Positions 26,001-38,480 of a DNA stretch of 64,000 bases are shown in pieces (position 1 is the first letter of the stretch; each line of letters opens with the position of its first letter). The DNA is taken from NCBI GenBank assembly GCA_951406725.2, contig OX597822.1:91760001-91824000 (forward strand), read 5' to 3'. The DNA comes from Octopus vulgaris. Taxonomy: Eukaryota. The notes under the pieces are model-generated. The model was not told the origin of the DNA and made no database searches. It was given only the letters and a program-made list of their open reading frames with translations. Position numbers and translations under genes: made by a program.

Positions 26001-28337
26001 ATAAAAAAAAACAACTTATTTTTTTAAAACTCTTTCAAAATGGAAATATTACAAAATTAAGGGAATCTTAGTTCTCAAAATCTGATCTCCTTTCTTTACA
26101 ATATATCATTGCTAATCATAAATAACTCACATAGTAACCTTGCTGTTACTTGAAGTCTCTGGGTGAGATTTGGAACAACTCATCTTGTATTGAGTAAAAA
26201 GTTTTGCAATATTTTGGTAACTTATTTGCTTTATCTGTCAAATTACAACAAAAGCATCCTAGCATTCAAAGAAGAGGCAATCATGTTGCACCACCTGAAG
26301 CCACCTTTATGCCATTCTTCGATCCCATACTAATACCAGTTCTTGTCCTTTGAGCTGAAGAATTCCTTGACTGAAGCTTCCACCACCTCTTGTTTGATGA
26401 AGTATTGTGAACACACAAAGTAAATAACACACAACTAATAATCTGAGGGATATATTTTTCTGCAATCCTAATGTGCATGAGCAGTATTTAAGCAAAGGCC
26501 AGCTTCTGAAACTTGTCACCAAACTTGGGTGTTTGTACACAAGGTAACGCTCTGTGTCCAGTGGAATTATGAGGTAGATAACTTACCGCAAGTTTGTTCC
26601 AGATGGTTGACTCATTGATCTCAACCTGCACTCCAAACAGCTGGAGTGAATGTATGCCATTGTATGGCAAAAATACCTGGCACTGGTTAATAGAAAGTGA
26701 GCTCTTCTTCAATAAGACAATGCAAGATCTCATAACATTTAAACAAACTGGAATAAAATCCAGGAACTGATACTACAGCCAGTATACAGCCCAGGCTTAG
26801 CTTCCTAGGATTATTATTTGTTCTGATCCATGAATCACTTTCTGTGCTCATGACGCTTCATCAATCAATAAGAGGCAAAGCTTCAGTGAAGGGGTTCTTT
26901 ACCTTGAAGGACAAGAACTGGTATCCGTGTGTGATGAAAGAACTGACAGAAAAGTGGCTTCAGACAGTGCAATACAATGGCCTCTACTTAGAATGTGTTG
27001 TAGGGAATTAGTAATAATGGTACATCCCTCTCACATGACGAGTGGAATGAGTCAGCCACTATAAGAAAGGTGACATTAGCCAGTATCAAGAGAGTATGGA
27101 GAGTACAAGAGTATGTGTAGACTGTATTGATAGTCATGTCTGTACTGATCTAGTAATTATACTGCGATACTTAGTGGTTGCTATAATGATCCAACCTTTT
27201 GAGGATAATAACACTGTATGACTGGGGGTCGTACAGTGCCAGATAGAAACATCCTACCGATGACTTCGGACTTTAACAATATCTGTAAGAATGACGGCTG
27301 TCGTACAATAACAGATACAAAAATGGCAAAAGACTGCTTTATAACAGTCGTGAGGAGGATAAACCAATTCATGTGGAGTTAATAGAAACTCAAAGAGAAG
27401 TTGATAAACTCACAAAGTTGGTGTACGAATTTTACGAAAAATCATAAAAGTATGGAAAACTTATAGGCCGGTTTGCTTGAGCTGTAAAAACAGCAACAAC
27501 AACAGCAGATACAACTGCAAGAGCAACAACAACAACAATTAATATTACAGCAACAAATGCTGCAATTACTGAGGTCATTAGGAAAACCAGAAAAAATGTT
27601 CTTGCCAGATTACATTGCGAATTCAATAACTGAATTCAAATACAAATCTGACAAAGGAGTTACCTTTGGAGCATACTACAGGAGATATGAGCAAATCTTC
27701 GAGAAAGAATGTAAAGATTGGGATGATGAGGTGAAAACTGGCTTAATCTTGAGAAAACTGGTGCCAGCAGTACATGAACGATACAGTAATTTTATACTCC
27801 CAAGAAAACTGTCTGGAGTAAAGTTAAATGACACAATAGATATATTGTGTAAGATTGTCAGTGAAAAAAGCTCCTTGTTCAACACACAGTGGAAGTGTTT
27901 GAACACAGAAAAATAGTAATAAGGACTACATCACATATGCTGGTTGAGCAAACAGGGAATGCGAGAAGTTTAAGCTGGATGAATTAACTCCAGATATGTT
28001 CAAATGCCTGGTTTTTACACAGGGACTGCCAAAAAGAATGTAGAAGTCAGAACTAGAATTCTTACAAAGCTGGGGCAAAGCCAGAATGTAACCTTGCAAA
28101 AAGTGTCTGAAGAATGTGAAAGGATACTTAAATTAAGACATGACACAGAGAGGAAATTGAGCGTAAAGCTTGTTTCTAAGTAAAACCAGTGTGGAATAGT
28201 CTGAATAAAGTGTTTCTAAGAAACACAACAAACATCAGGGTATAAACCCATGTTTTGCATGTGGTGGCACACACCTGAGGAAAAATTGTCCATTTAAAAA
28301 AGTGGAGTATTTTCATTGTGGTAATATAGGACATATA

Positions 28338-28571
28338 TATTTCTTTATTGCCCACAAGGAGCTAAACATAGAGAGGACAAACAAGGACAAACAAAGGGAT
28401 TAAGTCGATTACATCAACCCCAGTGCGAAACTGGTACTTTTATTTATCGACCCCAAAAGGATGAAAGGCAAAGTCTACCTCGGCGGAATTTGAACTCAGA
28501 ACGTGGCGACAGACGAAATACCGCTAAACATTCCGCCCGGTGCGCTAACGTGTCTGCCAGCTCGCCACCTT
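28338..28571 (-). mobile_element. SINE family B with 16-bp TSD
   Basis: TAATATAGGACATATA at 28322-28337 and 28572-28587. Confidence 0.92.
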
Positions 28572-29321
28572 TAATATAGGACATATAAACACACTGAAGA
28601 CGATGATGATAAAACGTCAGAAAAAGGGGGAAAAATAGTTTGTCATCAAAAAAAAAAAGGGTAATACAACAAACAGAAAATTCATACATATGAAAATTGA
28701 AAATACAAATGTAAAATTGAAGTTTGACACAGATAGTGACATGACTATTATAAACAAAAAAAGGCGGAAACATATCGGTAAGATGAAATTAATTAAATCT
28801 AAAAAGCTAGCACATGGTGTTACAGGAAAAAGATTATATTTTATCAGTGAATGTATAAGTAACATAACATTTCAAGGTCAGACAAAAAAGCAAAGATAGA
28901 TACATGTGTTGACAAAATCACTTAATTTATTTGGCATAGACTGGATAGAATTACTTAATTTATGGAATAAGCCCATAAGTGTTTTGTGTAGAAATATAGT
29001 TGCCTAAGTCAAAGGTTCAAATGTGGCTGAAGAACTGAAGCAAAAAGATTGCAGTAAAACAAAGGGAAATGCAAATATTTAAATCAAAAAGAAATGTACC
29101 ACTTGCAGAAATAGGCCAGGTTAACAAATAACTGGAAAGTCTTGGTATAATTGAAAAAAATGACAATGCAGATGGGGCAGCACTGACGATGCACATGTAA
29201 AAGAAGAATGATAAATGAAGAGTTTGTAGAGATTCTTCAACAAGGGTAAACGAGTTTTTAGTCGCATGTGCTTACATTTGTTAAAAATTAACACACACCA
29301 TAGCTTATATTAAATTTAAGC

Positions 29322-29549
29322 GGCGAGCTGGCAGAAACGTTAGCATGCCGAGCGAAATGTTTTGCGGTATTTCGTCTGTCGTTACGTTCTGAGTTCAAAT
29401 TCCGCCTTGGTTGACTTTGCCTTTCATCCTCTCGGGGTCGATAAATAAAGTACCAGTTTCGCATTGAGTCAATGTAATCAACTTAATCCCTTTGTCTGTC
29501 CTTGTTTGTCCCCTCTATGTTTAGCCCCTTGTGGCTAGTAAAAGAAATA
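29322..29549 (+). mobile_element. SINE family B with 16-bp TSD
   Basis: TATATTAAATTTAAGC at 29306-29321 and 29550-29565. Confidence 0.92.
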
Positions 29550-30159
29550 TATATTAAATTTAAGCAATTTCCCTTCAGTGTGGAGGAAAAGTGTGAATTC
29601 TTGTTAAAAAAATATTAAATTATTCAAAAAAAAAAAATTCAAAAAGGGAGGTGGGGTGAATAAAAATATTGCTGAATAAAATGACACTTCTTAAGAAAAA
29701 CTTAAAAGGGGAGATGTTGTATAATAGTACACCCCTCCCATGCAATGAGTGGAATGAAACAGTCCCTATAAATAAGGTGACATCAGCTAGTATTAAGAGA
29801 GTATGAAGAGTATGTGTAGATTGTGTTGATAGTTGTGTCTGTATTGGTCTAGTAATACTGTGATACTGAGTGGGCATTATAACGATCAACCTTTTGAGGA
29901 TAACAACAATGTATGACTGGGGGTTGTACAGCACCAGGTAGAAACATCCTATTGATGATTTCAGATTATAACAATATCTATCAGAGTGACAACCATTGTA
30001 CAAAGACAGCTACAAAAGTGGAAAAAGACTGCTTTATAACAGAATGCTAAGCTGCTTTTGTTCTAACTTGATGAATAAAGCAAATCAGTTACCAAAATAT
30101 TGCAAAACTTTTGACTCAACACAATACAAAACAGCAACAAGAAAGTTGTGATAATAAGA

Positions 30160-30356
30160 ATCCTTTTTATTATAGGCACAAAGCCTGAAATTTTGGGGGA
30201 AGGGGTTAGTTGATTACATCAACCTCAGTGCTTGACTGGTACTTATTTATCAACCCTGGAAGGGTTGATAAATTTGAACTCAGAACGTAAAGGCAGATGA
30301 AATGCCACTAAGCATTTTGCCCAGTGTGCTAATGATTCTGCCAGCTCATTGCCTTC
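30160..30356 (-). mobile_element. SINE family B variant
   Basis: Same as 6851-7066. Confidence 0.75.
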
Positions 30357-30579
30357 TTCACGAAGTTAAACAAAGCAATAAGAAGAGGATATAATTTGTA
30401 ATAGATAGAGATTGACTTTGTTTATTGAACAAAACAATATTTTGACACTGTCAGTCTTGCTTAGGTTCAAAATCAAAAACAAAAACAAAAACAAAAAAAA
30501 ACAGAAATACAGAAATTCCAAATATGACTAGGAATATCTAGTGTTCCTTTTTAGATAAAACATCATCAATTTTTGCTTT

Positions 30580-31920
30580 TTCTTTTTTGCAATTGGTAAC
30601 ATTTTAAATTTTGCCTTGGGCACAACAAATTTGTTCCCTTCTCAAACGTTAAAATTGTTCAGATGCCAACAAAACCAAAGAAATCACTCACTTTTTCTCA
30701 CTCATCCAGAAATGAATTACTCCTAGAAAGATGACAAATAAGCTCTACATTTTTAAGTGAAGAATTCCTACAAAAATTAAAAGACAATCAGAAATCTAAT
30801 GAGAGTAATACTATGGAAAACATTTGCTCTCATTAGAAAATGTATCATATTAGAAAATAAGTCAGTTATAAAACTTTTATCAGACAATATCTTTGTCTAG
30901 AGCTTAGACTGAGTTTTTGACAAAAATAAACTAGCTCAAACTACTTCAGTTTGTTCACTGTCACAAGCTTGAGGAATATGTTTATGAAAAAATGGTATCA
31001 CAGAACAGAATCAGAAAACCCCATGTTTACTGAAAATGATGATGATCAAATCTGACATAATTGGACTGAAAAAAATCCAAATTGGTATTTGGATGAAGTT
31101 CAGAAATGTGTCCTGCTAGAATTTCTTGAATCCTGTCAGACAGGCTTTAAGGAAAGCCTTATAACAAGTAGAAAGAAGACCTGGGATAACATTATACTCC
31201 ATTAGTACATTGTCTAGTTAACAATGATTCTGTTGTTATTAAAATGGTAGATAGAGTAGGGGTGCTATTGTAATTATGGACAAGGAGGAGCATATTTCAA
31301 CTTGTAAAGCAGTTTTAAGTGACAAAACTTTTTATGAAGTTTTGTCACTTAAATCCAAACTGTCAATCCAAACTCCAATTAGAGAGGAACTTGACAAAAT
31401 AATTTTGTAAATATAAAAAACAATTTCATGACACTGAATCTAGGATTTTGTGGTTAGAACAAAAAACACCTATATTTCACAGCCTTCCAAAAAATACACA
31501 AAAGTTTGGAAAGTTTCCTCCGTTGTGGCCAATTTACAGTGGGTATAAAAGTTACACAGCCAAAATTTGTGGCTGAATGGCTTTCTCCTCCCTGTAGTAA
31601 AAAGATAAGTTCCTATATTTGGGATACTTTTGATTATGTGTCCAAAATCAACAATTTTTCAAAACCCAAAGTACTGTTGAAAAGTGTTTTTTGATAACCA
31701 TGAATGTTTCTTCACAATAACCCAGTATTGACCATGATGAGAGGTGGAAGCATTCATAAATGCTTTTGAAAAACAGTCAAACAAAAGAATTCCATCTAAC
31801 TTTGTCTATAAATTATTGAAGTTTGTGTTACAAGTTTGGACAAAAATTTTACCACAAGATGAGGGGATTCAACATGGGTACCCCCAGGGCAGTTAATTCT
31901 GCTAACATCTTCATGACGAT
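30580..31920 (+). mobile_element. Highly decayed Penelope-like RT
   Basis: Remnants of IKxADKGGAIVIMD (~31240-31280), FHSLPK, YIWDTFD, and GTPRAVNSANIFM (~31875-31915). Confidence 0.65.
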
Positions 31921-32014
31921 ATATCATTCACTTCTACCACTTCTCTGATTCTTCACATCATATAAATAAGTCAAATTAAAAATCCCAGGTTATTGAGAAT
32001 AAAATGGATTTGTA

Positions 32015-32200
32015 CAATGAGGTGGTGAAGCACAACCTTCAAACGTTGGGCCTCACAGAGGCATTGATGAGTGACTGAGACCTTTGGTGATATGCTGTGC
32101 TTGAGAAGACCCAGCAAGCCAAGTGAGACCATAACTGTGGCCTATGCCAGTGCAGCATAACCAGCCCATTTAAGAGTACCCTTCAGTCATTGGGCAATGA
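32015..32200 (+). mobile_element. RTE 3' coding end fragment
   Basis: EVVKHNLQTLGLTEALMSD, matching the end of the RTE near 17616-17690. Confidence 0.65.
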
Positions 32201-32204
32201 TATT

Positions 32205-32645
32205 TTCAGATTTTCTTGTCAGTTGTTTGACCTTAACCAGTTGAGCATGTCCCTTCATGGTTGACAATATGTGCATCTCTGATCATGAGCAGAAGTAGTG
32301 GTGGAGCATCATAGCCATGTGTTGAGGGGAATTCTTTGGGGTTTGGATAATTCCCCATTGGAAACATGGGTTTTTTATTCATCATCCTGAAAACAAACCT
32401 TATTCAGTGACCTTTTGAGTAGGATGAGTTACTTGGCCTGAAGAAAATTCTAACTGGGCCCCACCTACAAGGTCATGTACTGTTTTACTTAATATGAGAT
32501 CACTATGTCATGCACATATGGCTGTGACGCATGCGCCTGGTGTACCCTTATCAGACGGGTAGTCATGATGGGTATATTAGGCTTTCTATATTTGTACCCC
32601 AGTGTCACTTTGATGGCATGTGCTGCTTCCTCACTCAATGATAAT
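32205..32645. repeat. Unclassified interspersed repeat abutting a truncated SINE B variant (~32645-32760)
   Basis: GC-richer block ending in AATGATAATAAT. It resembles a retroposon UTR, but the family was not resolved. Confidence 0.35.
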
Positions 32646-32759
32646 AATTCTTTCTACTATAGGCACAAGGCCTGAAATATGTAGGAGGGAGCAAGTCAAC
32701 TACATCAACCTCAGTGCTCTCACTGGTACTTATTTAATCGACCCTGAAAGTATGAAACG

Positions 32760-33900
32760 AAACACAGCTGCTTTTCATTCTTGCTCTATTGGTATTGGAT
32801 ACATGGATGTCAAGCCATACCTTGCAATCTTAGTATCCAGCATCTTTCTTATAATCCTTGCTATGCCAACCAAACATATTTTCTGTAGAATCAAGAAATT
32901 CATCTTAATACCTAATATCTTCAGTCAACCACTCAAACCTCTTGAAACTCTTCCTATGGCTGCAAGCACTATAAGGATAAGAATAATTCTATAGTAATTC
33001 CAAATTCTTTGAAGAGCTACTATATGCTACATTAGTTAGCAGAGGTATTGTCTTGGGGTTTGGTGGCAACAAGTCTCTTCAAATCTCAAGAATTTATACT
33101 TTTCTGCAGGTTGAAAATGTGTCTGAACTCCAATATCATTCAACCAGTAAGGTAGCAGTTTGGGTGTTGTGCCAAATGCACTAATTACAAGAACAGTTGT
33201 CACCTTAGTCTTCCACAATCACTTTATCTCTCAGGCTAGGCCCTGATACTTCTCAGTTTCTTTGGTATCCACTCTGTTATATGGTACTTCAAAGTTAATG
33301 ATCTTACACTTTTTTGTCTTCTACTATCATATATTTTGCTTCAGTAACATAGCCAGTCTTTATGGAAGAATCCCATAAAATCCCATAATTATTATTCTCT
33401 GACACAAGCTCTGATTCATACCATTTTTCTGCTACTTTGTATCTATACACTCAGCTAACATTCCAATGCTCTCTTTTACTGACAGTCATTCCTGCATTTA
33501 TACACTTTTTGTACTAGTCTATTGCATTATTAAGGGACAGTTAATACTTTCATCTCCTTTTCCACAGATTCTGTGTTTGTGTGAATTTTGTAAATCCTTA
33601 TCTTCATCAAATTTCATTCTAATCTCTTGTTCTTGAATGGCTAAAATTAGTAATTTGGTTTCTTGCTTCAAATTTCCACCTGTCAGCCACAACCAGTGTT
33701 CTTTACTTCAAATATCCTGAGTTTGTTGCATGAATTAGCCATGTAATTCCTTCTCTGTCCAGTTATTTGTCTTGTTTTTTCTTCTGTCCTTGAATTCTTT
33801 TATTGTTTTGGTAACTTTTAGGATATTTCTAGCTGCTAATGGTACTCTTTCTTCACTACATACAGCATACTTTTGCACACCCAATATTGCAGCAATCATC
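32760..33900 (-). mobile_element. Two adjacent R4-clade RLE 3' fragments
   Basis: ILQKICLVGIARIIRKML (~32850-32900). KELHG*F..WLWLTGGNLKQETKLLILAIQEQ, CGKGDE, LAQKVYK, ILWDSSI, VISAFGTTPK. Confidence 0.75.
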
Positions 33901-33914
33901 ATTATTATTATTAT

Positions 33915-34100
33915 GAAGACAGTGAGCTGGCAGAATCATTAGCACACCAGATGAAATGCTTTACAGCACTCTGTCCATCTGTATGTTCTGAGTTCTAATT
34001 CCACTTAGGTCAATTTTGCCTTTCATCCTTTTGGAGTCGATAAATTAAGTACCAGAGAAACATTAGCATTGATGTAATTGACTAGTCCCCTCTCCACAAA
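33915..34100 (+). mobile_element. SINE family B variant
   Basis: GAGCTGGCAGAATCATTAGC head and GCCTTTCATCCTTTTGGAGTCGATAAA motif. Confidence 0.75.
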
Positions 34101-34532
34101 ACTTTAAATTGTGCAAATAATGTTTAGATTGACTTTCTTAGTAACAATTTGAATACTGTTGAACAATAACATTTATTTAGAACAGAAAGAACACAACAAA
34201 GAGAAAAATTAGAGGAAAGCAGAACAAACAGAAGACAAGACTCAGCGGACTGGAAATTTAGGTAAAAAACACAATACACAGAATATTTGCAGCTGATTTC
34301 CTTGTCAGTCAGTGACCCAAGATATCAAAAGGCACCAGAGGATTAAGCTTCTGAGGAAAAGCTAACAAATGTATACAAGGAAAGGAAAAAAACTGAAATG
34401 ATACTATGTATACAACAAAAAATTTATAAATACAACAAAAAAAGTATTATGCATATATAATAGAATGAAGCCTTTCAGCTATACAACAGAAGGAAAAGAA
34501 TAATTATACATATACCACAAATACATTAGAAA

Positions 34533-35268
34533 GAACTTTTGGCAAGATTTCCTTTTGTACCTACCAAAAAACACCCCTTTTTAAAAAAATTTATACTTTT
34601 TTCTACACAAACCCTGTTTTTTGGCTATGGAGAATACAATTATGCAAAAAGAAATTGGCAAAAATCGGCATTTAAAATTACCCAGTTCTTCATTTTTAAT
34701 TTTTTTCAGAATTCTTTTTTTTTAAATATGCGGGAAAATATGGACATTTTGATTTTGAAAAAAAAAATTCCAAAAATTTTGTAGTTACAGTTAGGGTTAA
34801 GGTTTTAGGGTTTTAGGGTTATGGTTACGATTAGGGCTTTAGGGCTAGGGTTAGAGTTTTAGGGTTAGGGTTACGGTTAGGGTTAGGGTTAAGGTTTTAG
34901 GGTTAGGGCTTTAGGGTTACGGTTATGGTTAAGGTTTTAGGGTTAGGGTTACAGTTACAGTTAGGGTTTTAGGGTTACGGTTAGGGTTAGGTTAGGGTTT
35001 TAGGGTTGGGTTACGGTTACGGTTAGGGTTAGGTTAGGGTTTTAGGGTTGGGTTACAGTTAGGGTTAGGGTTATGGTTAGAGTCAGGGAAAAAAGTGAAA
35101 AATGAGGAAGTTAGGGGTATGGGGGTAAGGGGGGAACGAAATTTCAAAATGCTGATTTATGGCAATTTTCCAGAATCTCCATATCCAAAAATGGGATTTT
35201 TTGGTAAAAACAAAAAAAAATTGGGGAGAAAATGGGGGAACGGGAAGAAGTCTTTCCAAACTTTTCAG
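34533..35268. mobile_element. MITE-like element with imperfect long TIRs and an internal telomere-like array
   Basis: Left TTTGGCAAGATTTCC, ACCAAAAAACACCCC and TTTTTGGCTATGGAGA are mirrored on the right by TCTCCATATCCAAAAA, GGGATTTTTTGGT and GAAGTCTTTCCAAA. Confidence 0.6.
34784..35088 (+). repeat. Degenerate interstitial (TTAGGG)n array
   Basis: TTAGGG interspersed with TTTTAGGG, TTACGG, TTATGG, TTACAG and TTAAGG units. Confidence 0.95.
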
Positions 35269-36060
35269 CTACTGGACAGATGTAATGGCATGGTGCTTTG
35301 CAGTAGACTAGCACAAAAAGTATATAAATGCAGGAATGACTATCAGTAAAAGGGAGCATTGGAATGTTAGCTGAGTGTATAGATACAAAGTAGCAGAAAA
35401 GTGGTATGAATCAGAGCTAGAGGCTGTGTCAGAGATGAAACAGAGAAAGTCCAAGTGGACATAGCAGGAGCTCAGATAAGCATAACTGTCTGGTCAGAGG
35501 CAGGTCAAAAAAAGAACTGCACCAGTCACATTGTAGGACAGAGGAAGTATTGTGGAGGGCAGAGGGACTGAAGAATAAAAGGGAGAGACACAGAGTGAGA
35601 AAAGAAAGGTACAAGGGAGGCAAGCAAGGATGGAAAGTGATAGGGTAAGACTAGAAATGGAAAGAGATAGAGTAAGAGTAGAGATGGAAAGAAATAGAGT
35701 AAGAGTCGCGCAATAAATATTGAAGGAATATTTTTTTATAATAAAGTAAACAGAGTGTTCATTGTGCTACATGGATATATCAAAGGTTGAACATAAAGAA
35801 CAAAACAAAGAGAAAAATTAAGTGAAAGTAGAGCAAATGGGAAACTAGACGCAAATTTAAAAGACGGGAAATTTAGGCAAAAACATGATACATGGAATAT
35901 TCACAGCTGATTTCCTTGTCATTCAATGACCCAAGATATCATTGTGGTTTTGTGCCAGTTTTTTTGAAGTCTGTGTCTATATGCTGAAAAACATACAGAA
36001 ATGCACACACACACACACACACACACACACAGATAAAAATTCTATATGTAGCGTATATGT

Positions 36061-36905
36061 GTAAGTAGGTACCCAAAAGAAACCGGAATTTTGCAATATT
36101 ATTTTATTCACTTAGTTTACATGTTTACACTTTTATTGTTTTCAAAGTATTCTCCATTGGAAGCAATGCATCGGTCCAGACACGTTTTCGAAGCAGTACT
36201 TGAACTCTTGCAAAATTATGCCTCTTAATGCCCCTTACAAAGTGATGCCTTTTAATGCCGTCATTTTTTTCTTCACGTCTTCCACATCCGCTAATTCCGT
36301 AACACTAGCTTTTGTCATCATTGATGACCTTCGAAAAAAGCTCCAGATCAATTTCCAACTGTACTTTCAGTTCACACCATGCATTAAGCTGTGACTGCTT
36401 TTGATCTTCCATGAGCAAGCAAGGCACAAATCTTGATGCAACTCTTTTCATTCGCAATTTCTCACTCGAAATTAATTGGCAGGAGCTCCAGGAGACACCA
36501 GTCATATCAACAAGTTCGTCAATTGTTCAGTGATGGTCCTTCAAGATCAGTTCATAAATTTTCGTGACGTTTTCCTTCATTCAGGAGGTCGATGGACGCT
36601 CTGAACGAGGTTGGTCTTCAAGCAACAAGTGACCATTCGTAAAGCATGAAAACCACTTATAAGCTTGTGTTTTGCTCGTGGCAGCATCCTTATAAGCTGT
36701 TAGAAGCATGACAAATGTTTTGGCTGCCCCAGCAGAAAACAGAATTTCACAGAAGCACATTGTTCTTTCGTTTCAGCCATTGCAAAACAAAAAAAAATAG
36801 AAGCACTGCAAAGCAAAGACGCACCACACGGCAGTAGGACTATGCTCACCACCGCCAATTGGCATACTGCATTTTTAATCAAAACTTGTTAGTTACTATG
36901 GTGAC
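36061..36905 (-). mobile_element. Internally deleted mariner
   Basis: GGTACCCAAAAGAAACCGGAAT TIR-like end. MAETKEQCASVKFCFLLG and RVASRFVPCLL..FSKVINDDKS. Confidence 0.8.
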
Positions 36906-37195
36906 AACAATACTGATCTATGTATCTCTCTTTCCCTCTCTCTCTTTGTCTTACTGTATTTCTTTCTCAAAGACAACCTTTTCTTCTTCCCTTCTTCTAT
37001 TCAAAGAGAAAGTTTTCTTCTTGAAAGTCTGTATTGCGTTTTCTATATAGTGAAAGACACAGAAACAAACACATGCACACGCTAAGAAATATACACCCTC
37101 CCCACACACACAACCCCCCCAAAAAAATATATATCCTTCAAGATTTCTTAGGTACAAAGGTGACAACACTAAACATCTATCTTTCATACACACAT

Positions 37196-37274
<79 letters not shown>

Positions 37275-38480
37275 TTCTAAAAATATTTTTTTCTGTCCCT
37301 CTTATAGATGTTGTGACAAACAGACACAGAGATTACTTTGTCTTTTCAGTGAGCCAGCAGATTTGTTAGCATGTCAGACAAAAGGCAATACCTATAACAC
37401 TACACAAAGTTTTGAGGAGTCAGTAGAGCTGTAACTGACACTCCAATTAATGACATTAGCAATGACAAGAACAATAATAGAGAGGACAAGGATGATGAAA
37501 GTACTGATGATAAAAGTAACAATAATAATTATAATAATTATGAGGTTGCTGCTGCTGATGATGATGATGATGACAATGATGACTGGCCAGTCCTGTGAAT
37601 TAACAAATGCTTAATCTAAATCAGGGTGGTCACACAGCAAAATTAACTTTCACTAATGAGTGGATGTTTGCAAACAAAAATCTATGTAATTATGGTAGGT
37701 AATTGTGACATATCAATTATCACTGCTGCTGTTTTGTTTCTTTTCAAAGAATTTGTTCTTTAAATTTTGAACTCACTCCGTTTACAATGTGCTTTACAAT
37801 GCTTACTATGTACAGGGTGCCTGTACATCTCAATCTGCTAGAAACAGCAGCCCAATACTTTCCGAACAATATTCTAACAACTTAAAACAAAGGCAGGATG
37901 CATTTGCTAATGCAGTCCTACACACATTATATTTGAAAACAAAAAGAAAAGACAGGATGCAATGGTTATGGCTGGAATGACTTAAATCATTGGTATACTC
38001 AATTAGAGTGAACCTTGGGTTAAACAATGACACCAAACTGAATGGAACTAACTTCTAACTGAAAAAACAGAGTACTTTTACATTGCAGTTATATTTAGAA
38101 GGATATACAACTGTAAAACACCAATAATCTGGATTTCCAAAGTTAGATTATTTATTTTATCTAAAAGAACATTTTAAAAAATATTGAAGTATTGATAAAT
38201 TATAAATACTCTTTCCTAGCCCAAGATCAATTTAGTTCAAGTATATCTATCAAAGTATTCCAGCTGTAGCTATTGTGCTTTTGTAGGAATATGTAAAAAC
38301 TACATAATTTAATGAGCCATCTCTCGATTTAAGTTGGTTGCTATTTATAAAAGATTAAGTAACCAAGTAAGGCTCTGTTTTGAAGAGAATAGTAGAATCA
38401 ATTATATTATCTGTCCGTTCATCCGCCCGCCCCTCCATCCATCCATCCATGTATCATCTATCTATCTATCTAGCTAGCTA

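Larger units (their letters stand above)
26996..30041 (+). mobile_element. Ty3/gypsy LTR retrotransposon, internally deleted, with both LTRs
   Basis: LTRs at 26996-27346 and 29715-30041 (TGTTG...ATAACA), TSD GAATG at 26991-26995 and 30042-30046, PPT AAAAGGGGAGA. K02A2.6-like gag, CCHC remnants, protease FDTDSD and the start of RT. Confidence 0.92.
26188..30126 (+). mobile_element. Mariner derivative with two inverted 3' ends, interrupted by an LTR element
   Basis: TIR TTGAGT.AAAAGTTTTGCAATATTTTGGTAAC at both ends. Plus-strand DNARSH and YSPGLAS*DYYLF. The left ~270 bp is an inverted copy of the transposase 3' end. Confidence 0.8.

Noticed and set aside
34784-35088. True telomere or chromosome fusion site
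   Set aside because: The array is short, degenerate, in a single orientation and enclosed by inverted arms.
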